64,000 nucleotides of DNA from Bacteroidales bacterium (GTDB lineage: Bacteria; Bacteroidota; Bacteroidia; Bacteroidales; Marinilabiliaceae). The stretch is from assembly GCA_004552385.1 (NCBI GenBank), contig SFOL01000001.1, positions 10,146 through 74,145 on the forward strand, written 5' to 3'. The notes under the pieces are model-generated. The model had not been told where the DNA came from. It worked only from the letters and a program-made list of their open reading frames with translations, and made no database searches. Made by a program: the position numbers and the translations under genes. Below, piece after piece: positions 58,234 to 64,000 of the stretch; within the stretch, counting starts at the first letter, position 1, and the number at the start of each line of letters is the position of its first letter.

Positions 58234-60075
58234 CTACTCTATGACGCGCGCCGCTCCCTTGTCGGCCGAGCTGACCATGGCGGCGTAAGCCTTGAGGGCC
58301 TTGCTGACCTCGCGCTGGCGCACAGGTGGCGTGAAAGCCTTCTTGCCACGCTTCATCTCCTCCTCGCGGCGGGCGGCGAGCTCATCGTCTGTGAGGCGCA
58401 CGTTGATGGTCCTGTTGGGGATGTCGATCTCGATCACGTCTCCGTCCCTCACGAGGCCGATATTGCCACCTGCGGCCGCCTCGGGCGAGATGTGGCCGAT
58501 TGAGAGGCCTGACGTGCCGCCGGAGAAACGTCCGTCGGTTATGAGCGCGCACTCCTTGCCGAGGTGCATGCTCTTGATGTAGCTGGTCGGGTAGAGCATC
58601 TCTTGCATGCCAGGGCCTCCGCGCGGTCCTTCGTAGGCGATGACGACCACGTCTCCGCTCTTGATCTTGCCGCCGAGTATGCCTTCGCACGCCGCCTCCT
58701 GAGAGTCGAAGACCTTGGCGGGGCCGGCGAACTTCCATATCTTCTCATCGACGCCGGCGGTCTTGATGACGCAGCCGTCCTGGGCGATGTTACCGAAGAG
58801 GACACCGAGTCCGCCGTCCTTGGTGTAGGCGTGCTCGAGGTCGCGGATGCACCCCTCGGCGCGGTCAGTGTCGAAGCTGTCGTAGTACGTGTTTTGAGCT
58901 CCGAGCTGGATGCAGAACTTGCCACCGGGTGCCGCCTTGTACTTGTTCTTGGCCGATACGGTTGCTTTGGGGCTGAGGATGCAGAACTGCTCGATCTCCT
59001 GCTTGAGGGTTAGCCCGTCGACACGCTTGAGTGAGGTGTCGACAAGTCCGCCCTTGGCGAGCTCGTTCATGATGCCGACGACTCCGCCCGCGCGGTTGAC
59101 GTCCTGTATATGATACTTCTGCGTGTTTGGCGCGACCTTGCAAATGCACGGCACCTTTCGGCTGAGCTTGTCGATGTCGGCCATCTTGAAGTCCACTCCG
59201 CCCTCGAAGGCTACGGCGAGGAGGTGTAGGACGGTATTGGTGGAGCCGCCCATGGCGATGTCGAGCGTCATGGCGTTGAGGAAGGCCTGGCGCGTGGCGA
59301 TGCTGCGCGGGAGGACGCTCTCGTCGCCGTCGCGGTAGTACTTGTATGTGTTGTCGACGAGGAGCTTGGCGGCATCGGCGAAGAGCTGCTTGCGCTTCTC
59401 GTGAGTCGCGACAATGGTGCCGTTGCCCGGGAGCGACAGACCGATGGCCTCGGTAAGGCAGTTCATAGAGTTGGCGGTGAACATGCCTGAGCAGGAGCCG
59501 CACGTCGGGCATGCGTGGTTCTCGACCTCGGCCACCTCCTGGTCGGAGAGCGTGGGGTCTGCGCTCTTGATCATGGCGTCGATGAGGTCGAGCTTTGCCG
59601 AGCCGAGAACCCCGGCCTCCATGGGCCCGCCGGAGCAGAAGACGGTCGGGATGTTGAGCCTCATGGCCGCTATGAGCATGCCCGGTGTGATCTTGTCGCA
59701 GTTGGAGATGCAGATCATGGCGTCGGCCTTGTGGGCGTTGACCATATACTCGACGCTGTCGGCGATGACGTCGCGCGAGGGGAGCGAGTAGAGCATGCCG
59801 TCATGCCCCATTGCGATGCCATCGTCGACGGCTATGGTGTTGAACTCGGCGGCGTAGCACCCGCGCTTCTCTATCTCGCTCTTGACGTACTGGCCAATCT
59901 CGTGGAGGTGAGTATGGCCTGGCACGAACTGGGTGAAGCTGTTCACGATTGCGATAACGGGCTTGCCCATCATCTCGCGTTTCATACCATTGGCCACCCA
60001 CAGTGCGCGGGCGCCGGCCATACGGCGGCCCTCGGTGGTGGCCGCGCTACGGAGCTTGATCTTGTAGTCTGACAT
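58234..60075 (-). CDS. ilvD: Dihydroxy-acid dehydratase
   Basis: The ORF is 58234..60114 with a TTG start in the track. The start is placed at [26 protein letters not shown] (ATG 60073-60075). Motifs are [16 protein letters not shown] and DGRFSGGT. Confidence 0.95.
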   Translation of the reverse strand: MSDYKIKLRSAATTEGRRMAGARALWVANGMKREMMGKPVIAIVNSFTQFVPGHTHLHEIGQYVKSEIEKRGCYAAEFNTIAVDDGIAMGHDGMLYSLPSRDVIADSVEYMVNAHKADAMICISNCDKITPGMLIAAMRLNIPTVFCSGGPMEAGVLGSAKLDLIDAMIKSADPTLSDQEVAEVENHACPTCGSCSGMFTANSMNCLTEAIGLSLPGNGTIVATHEKRKQLFADAAKLLVDNTYKYYRDGDESVLPRSIATRQAFLNAMTLDIAMGGSTNTVLHLLAVAFEGGVDFKMADIDKLSRKVPCICKVAPNTQKYHIQDVNRAGGVVGIMNELAKGGLVDTSLKRVDGLTLKQEIEQFCILSPKATVSAKNKYKAAPGGKFCIQLGAQNTYYDSFDTDRAEGCIRDLEHAYTKDGGLGVLFGNIAQDGCVIKTAGVDEKIWKFAGPAKVFDSQEAACEGILGGKIKSGDVVVIAYEGPRGGPGMQEMLYPTSYIKSMHLGKECALITDGRFSGGTSGLSIGHISPEAAAGGNIGLVRDGDVIEIDIPNRTINVRLTDDELAARREEEMKRGKKAFTPPVRQREVSKALKAYAAMVSSADKGAARVIE

Positions 60076-60239
60076 AGGTTGGAGATAGAAGTTAGTGGGC
60101 TTCGGGCCAGCCAACGCGTGGGCTTGGCCTCGGGCCGTCCTAATATTGTGAATATCGTTCTTTGCTAAGCCGCCGGCGCTTCGTTGGTAGCCCTGCGGCC
60201 CCGACTCCTCGCGCCGGACGAGGTTGGATGTCTTACACT

Positions 60240-60270
60240 AAAAAAGCCCCTCTCGTGGTGAGAAGGGCTT
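60240..60270 (-). terminator. Attenuator terminator in the ilv-leu leader
   Basis: On the minus strand the sequence is AAGCCCTTCTC ACCAC GAGAGGGGCTT followed by TTTTTT. The stem is 11 bp with one G-U pair. It lies 165 nt upstream of the ilvD ATG and 46 nt downstream of the leader ORF stop. Confidence 0.7.
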
Positions 60271-60315
60271 TCTATATGCATCACATACGAGCTTTCGCAC
60301 ACTCCTCACCGCCTC

Positions 60316-60381
60316 TCATGCCGTTAGCACAAGAAGTACGAGAACCACTCGGAGAAGAGATATGTTGAAAACTCTGGTCAT
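60316..60381 (-). CDS. ilv-leu leader peptide, 21 aa (MTRVFNISLLRVVLVLLVLTA)
   Basis: My own translation of the minus strand: ATG ACC AGA GTT TTC AAC ATA TCT CTT CTC CGA GTG GTT CTC GTA CTT CTT GTG CTA ACG GCA TGA. It contains 6 Leu, 5 Val and 1 Ile in 21 residues. It sits between a -7 promoter motif and a terminator hairpin. Confidence 0.6.
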   Translation of the reverse strand: MTRVFNISLLRVVLVLLVLTA

Positions 60382-60403
60382 TCATTGCCTCATTTGACGA
60401 GCG

Positions 60404-60411
60404 CAAATATA
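60404..60411 (-). promoter_or_regulatory. -7 promoter motif (TATATTTG) for the ilv-leu operon
   Basis: The reverse complement of caaatata matches TAnnTTTG 23 nt upstream of the leader-peptide ATG. Confidence 0.5.
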
Positions 60412-60570
60412 GATAAAAATTCAAACCGCGGTCACGGCCGAATGGCTATTTTTAGGAATATAAAGAAGCCACTGATCGGGTAATTCAACTCATAAGGAGC
60501 CAGGGGTTAAATTTACCGACAAGCAGGACGAAACTGTATTAAAATGCAATTGGGCGGGATTTCGGCGAAA

Positions 60571-61629
60571 TCACCACAGACCTCCCCTATTGACCACGAA
60601 GTCGCACCCCATGGCGTCCTGCCACCACTGGCGGTCGGCGTAGAGATGGCCGTCGAGCGACGTGGCCTTATACGTGTACCATGGCATGAAAAGCCCCCAG
60701 CGCGCTCCGAGCTCCCATTGCTCGGATATCTTACCCACATCACCGCACTCGCTTAGGACGGCCATCTTGCGAGGGAAAGCGGCCGATATGGCACGGAACT
60801 CATCAGCCAGCTGCTCAGCCGTCCGGCCATAGGCGTCGCGGCCGACAAGGTCCACATACTCGTCTCCCGGATACCAGTCGGCGTCGGAGAGAACTCCCAT
60901 CGACTGGTCGTCGCCATACCCGGTCTGCGTGGTCCACACCCAGATGAGGTTATTAAGCCCCGCGGCCTGGAAACGGTCATAGATAAGCCTCCACAGCTTG
61001 ACGAAGGAGTCGGGGCCCCCGTTGCCCCACCAGAACCACTCATCACCGCCGCTCTTACGGTTGCCCGAGGCCTCGTGAAGCGGTCTCCACAACACGGGTA
61101 TTCCGGCGTCGCGGAAACGCAGGAGCTGGGCGATGACCAGGTCGAGGTCATGATTCATAACCTTGTTCTCCCACGAGCCCGCGGCGAACATGCTGTCTAC
61201 GCGGAACCGGGTGTCGGTCCGGAACACGAGCCGCGAGGAGTCGGGCGCGGCTGGAACGCTCCAATGCCAGCAGAGCGAGACGAGGCCTCCCTTAGCCCAC
61301 TGGTCGCCGGCCACAGAGAAGTCGGAGTAGGGATTGTAGTCCCAAGCCGAGACGGAGTCGGTGGCCGATATGTCTATAAAGTCGAGACCGATCACGGCCG
61401 GCCACCGGCCTGTGGCATCGGAGACGAGCCGCGCCTCGGCGTCATTCCAATTAACGTTGGCCATGGTGCCGGAGAGAATCCGGCTGCCGTATGACGAGCG
61501 AAGGACTTCATAGACCCTGACGGCCTCGGCAGAGGGGTTCGGCGTGGACAAACCGTCATATTCAGCCGAGGGGGAAGAGCACGAGGCGATCGCGACAGAC
61601 AAGAGTGGAATGTAATTGGCGAAGCGCAT
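60571..61629 (-). CDS. GH26 glycoside hydrolase lipoprotein (beta-mannanase-like)
   Basis: The ORF is 60571..61881, with the start placed at MRFANYIPLLSVAIASCSS (61629). The GH26 signature is LWRPLHEASG..GDEWFWWG. Confidence 0.8.
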   Translation of the reverse strand: MRFANYIPLLSVAIASCSSPSAEYDGLSTPNPSAEAVRVYEVLRSSYGSRILSGTMANVNWNDAEARLVSDATGRWPAVIGLDFIDISATDSVSAWDYNPYSDFSVAGDQWAKGGLVSLCWHWSVPAAPDSSRLVFRTDTRFRVDSMFAAGSWENKVMNHDLDLVIAQLLRFRDAGIPVLWRPLHEASGNRKSGGDEWFWWGNGGPDSFVKLWRLIYDRFQAAGLNNLIWVWTTQTGYGDDQSMGVLSDADWYPGDEYVDLVGRDAYGRTAEQLADEFRAISAAFPRKMAVLSECGDVGKISEQWELGARWGLFMPWYTYKATSLDGHLYADRQWWQDAMGCDFVVNRGGLW

Positions 61630-61717
61630 ATTTAACGTGTATACTGGTTGTGCGCAAAGGTAATCAGTTTTGGCAAGATCTAAGGGAGAGGTGGGATAGT
61701 ATGCGTAACTTTGCGGC

Positions 61718-62473
61718 ATGTCATCAAACCCAGTATTTCGTTTTAAGAGGTTCGCCGTCTGGCAAGACCGGACCGCGATGAAAGTTGGCACAGACGGCGT
61801 CCTGCTCGGCTGCCTGGCCAAAGCGGCAGAGGGAGCGGGTGGCGGCTCGCCGCTTCGCATATTGGATATTGGAGCCGGCACCGGCCTCGTGTCTATAATG
61901 CTGGCGCAGCGTTACCCTGAGGCTCAGGTCACCGGGGTGGAGGTAGACCCCGAGGCGGCGGGACAGGCTGCGGAAAACTGCTCGGAGTCGCCATTTGCCG
62001 ACCGTCTGACTATCGTCTCGGCCGACATAAAAGACTATGCGCCGACCGACGGGGCGGGGTACGACCTCATAGTGTCGAACCCTCCGTACTTCACGCAGTC
62101 GTTGCAATGCCCGGACGGCCGCCGCAACATGGCTCGCCATGCGGTAGGCCTGACCCTGGGCGAACTGGCAGCCGCCGCGGCCCGCCTGCTGAACGACGGC
62201 GGACGTGTGGCAATAATACTGCCCCACGACGCGGTCCCCTCCCTGGCGGCGGAGGCCGACAAGGCCGGGCTGACGCTGACAAGCAAGACGACAATATTCA
62301 GCACCAGGCGCAAACCGCCGCGCAGGGCGGTGTGCCACTTCATGAAAAAGGGCGAAAAGACAATAGACGGCGAGCCTGAGGTGAAAGAAAATGAGCTAAC
62401 TCTTCTGAACCCTGATGGTAGCAACACGACTGAATATCAAGAGCTTGCAATCGATTTTTACTTAGACAGATAA
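61718..62473 (+). CDS. trmN6: tRNA1(Val) (adenine37-N6)-methyltransferase (YfiC/TrmN6 family)
   Basis: 251 aa: FRFKRFAVWQDRTAMKVGTDGVLLG, the SAM motif ILDIGAGTGL, and IVSNPPYF. Confidence 0.8.
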   Translation: MSSNPVFRFKRFAVWQDRTAMKVGTDGVLLGCLAKAAEGAGGGSPLRILDIGAGTGLVSIMLAQRYPEAQVTGVEVDPEAAGQAAENCSESPFADRLTIVSADIKDYAPTDGAGYDLIVSNPPYFTQSLQCPDGRRNMARHAVGLTLGELAAAAARLLNDGGRVAIILPHDAVPSLAAEADKAGLTLTSKTTIFSTRRKPPRRAVCHFMKKGEKTIDGEPEVKENELTLLNPDGSNTTEYQELAIDFYLDR

Positions 62474-62562
62474 CAAATATCGCACACGATGTAACTAAGA
62501 TGCGCCAATGTCCGTAAATTCGCCCAGAAACAAGGTCAAAAACCCAAAAAACGACAACAAAT

Positions 62563-63114
62563 ATGGCAAAGTTCATATGCACAGTGTGCGGCTTCGTATA
62601 CGAAGGCGACGAGGCTCCCGCAAAATGCCCCCAGTGTGGCGTACCCGCAAGCAAGTTCAAAAAACTTGACGAGAGCGCGCCCATCAGTTTCGAGACCGAG
62701 CACGAGATAGGCGTGGCCAAGGGCTGCGACGACGAGATGATCAAAGACCTCAACGCCCACTTCAACGGCGAGTGCACCGAGGTCGGCATGTACTTGGCAA
62801 TGAGCAGGCAGGCTGACCGTGAGGGCTACCCGGAGATTGCCGAGGCCTTCAAGCGCTACGCGTTCGAGGAGGCAGAGCATGCGAGCAAGTTCGCCGAGCT
62901 GCTCGGCGACGTGGTGTGGGACACTAAGACCAACCTTGAGAAGCGAATGAACGCAGAGTCCGGCGCCTGCGCCGACAAGAACCGCATAGCCAAGCGCGCC
63001 AAAGAGCTCGGCCTTGACGCCATCCACGACACCGTCCACGAGATGGCAAAAGACGAGGCCCGCCACGGCCGCGGCTTCTACGGCCTCTTCCAGCGCTACT
63101 TCGGCAAGAAGTAG
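62563..63114 (+). CDS. rbr: Rubrerythrin-family protein with reversed domain order (N-terminal rubredoxin-like, C-terminal ferritin-like)
   Basis: 183 aa: CTVCG..CPQCG in the first 30 residues, then di-iron ligand helices ([21 protein letters not shown]). Confidence 0.85.
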   Translation: MAKFICTVCGFVYEGDEAPAKCPQCGVPASKFKKLDESAPISFETEHEIGVAKGCDDEMIKDLNAHFNGECTEVGMYLAMSRQADREGYPEIAEAFKRYAFEEAEHASKFAELLGDVVWDTKTNLEKRMNAESGACADKNRIAKRAKELGLDAIHDTVHEMAKDEARHGRGFYGLFQRYFGKK

Positions 63115-63155
63115 ACAAGGCGCAGCGGCAACCAGACAGCCGCCGAGGTGAAAGC

Positions 63156-63197
63156 ATTCCCCGCGGTGCCACACGACATGGTGGCGCCGCGGGGAAT
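63156..63197 (+). terminator. Rho-independent terminator after the rubrerythrin gene
   Basis: attccccgcggtgccac ... gtggcgccgcggggaat forms a 17-bp stem with one G-U pair. It is followed by tcatttat. Confidence 0.7.
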
Positions 63198-63269
63198 TCA
63201 TTTATAGGCATCAGCCCAAAGGTGCGAGACTCGAAATAACTATATTCGCGCAGGAACATACACAAAGAA

Positions 63270-63986
63270 ATGGAAATAATCCCGGCCATAGACGTCATAG
63301 ACGGCAAGTGCGTGCGCCTGAGCAAAGGCGACTACGACACGAAGAAAATATATAACGAGGACCCTCTCGAAGTGGCCCTTCAATTTGCGGACTGGGGGCT
63401 GAGACGGCTACACGTCGTGGACCTTGACGGCGCAAAAGCCGGCCACATAGTGAACCATAAAGTCCTGGAGCGCATATGCGGCCACACCGACATGACCGTG
63501 GACTTCGGCGGCGGACTCAAGACGACGGAAGACCTGCGCATAGCCTTTGAGAGCGGCGCGGCGATGGTGACCGGCGGCAGCATAGCCGTAAAGAACCCCG
63601 CGGAGTTCGAGACGTGGATAAAGACCTACGGCCCGGGCAGGATAATTTTGGGGGCCGACGCAAAAAACGGCAAGATAGCCGTGACAGGATGGACAGAGAC
63701 CTCGGGACAAGACCTCATCCCATTCGTAAAGGCTTATAAAGAGAAAGGGCTTGACAAAGTCATATGCACCGACATAAGCCGCGACGGAATGTTGCAGGGC
63801 CCGGCCTTGGAGCTGTATGAAAAGATGATGAGCGAAGTGGATGGGCTTCACCTCATAGCGAGCGGCGGAGTAGGATGCGCCGACGACCTTAAGAGGCTGA
63901 GCGAGGCCGGCATACCCGGCGTGATCGTCGGCAAGGCGATATACGAGAAGAGGGTGACGCGTGAGGACATCATGGCCTACGTCTGA
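63270..63986 (+). CDS. hisA: 1-(5-phosphoribosyl)-5-[(5-phosphoribosylamino)methylideneamino]imidazole-4-carboxamide isomerase
   Basis: 238 aa: [29 protein letters not shown], and GGGL..SGGV. Confidence 0.92.
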   Translation: MEIIPAIDVIDGKCVRLSKGDYDTKKIYNEDPLEVALQFADWGLRRLHVVDLDGAKAGHIVNHKVLERICGHTDMTVDFGGGLKTTEDLRIAFESGAAMVTGGSIAVKNPAEFETWIKTYGPGRIILGADAKNGKIAVTGWTETSGQDLIPFVKAYKEKGLDKVICTDISRDGMLQGPALELYEKMMSEVDGLHLIASGGVGCADDLKRLSEAGIPGVIVGKAIYEKRVTREDIMAYV

Positions 63987-64000
63987 AAAAGATTGAGGCC

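Noticed and set aside
61630-61881. N-terminal extensions offered by the ORF track. Here 84 extra codons on the GH26 gene overlap the trmN6 start. Similar cases are at 3053-3124, 17292-17420, 22243-22302 and 54534-54656.
   Set aside because: In each case an internal Met is followed directly by a textbook signal peptide, lipobox or conserved family N-terminus. The extension overlaps promoter motifs or a neighbouring gene.
62563-63114. Rubredoxin-first domain order of the rubrerythrin
   Set aside because: Reverse rubrerythrins are a well-known variant in anaerobes, so this is not novel.
1-64000. Search by eye for CRISPR arrays, rRNA/tRNA genes, integrases/transposases, inverted-repeat-flanked invertible promoters, toxin-antitoxin pairs and defence genes
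   Set aside because: None was found. The intergenic regions contain only promoters, terminators and the short repeats listed above. A computational repeat and ncRNA scan would be needed to exclude small elements.

Overview
This window looks like a core chromosomal segment of a fairly GC-rich Bacteroidales genome. The phylum call is an inference from the SusC/SusD pair, T9SS C-terminal sorting domains, a DUF5683 gene after parAB, and TAnnTTTG -7 promoter motifs upstream of many genes. I support 44 protein-coding genes, including one edge-truncated gene and one 21-codon leader ORF.

Gene content, left to right:
- A xylan-type PUL: SusC, SusD, a surface glycan-binding protein, a GH10 split by tandem CBMs, and a GH fragment.
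- carB.
- A lower-GC stretch carrying a T9SS-secreted CE8 pectin methylesterase.
- A six-gene envelope operon: porin, imelysin, DUF1111 di-haem protein, porin, mono-haem lipoprotein and a chorismatase-like enzyme. It is transcribed divergently from the haem-c maturation gene ccsBA.
- recJ, pepP, ppx, and a sigma-54 activator that lacks a DNA-binding domain.
- A PorZ-like T9SS protein, rdgB, a tandem Usp, a membrane class III nucleotide cyclase, and maeB.
- An acyl-AMP ligase / carrier / acyltransferase fusion, ispD, rpoN, comB, and parAB-DUF5683.
- An ilvD-ilvB-ilvN-ilvC-leuA-leuC operon.
- A GH26, trmN6, a reverse-order rubrerythrin, and hisA.

I found no rRNA, tRNA, CRISPR array, integrase or transposase.

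The most interesting observations are:
- A classical-looking Leu/Val-rich leader peptide with a terminator/antiterminator upstream of ilvD.
- The cytochrome-c/imelysin/porin/chorismatase operon next to ccsBA, which I cannot assign to a named system.
- Two exact parS half-sites upstream of parA.

All family calls rest on motif recognition by eye. No database search was run.
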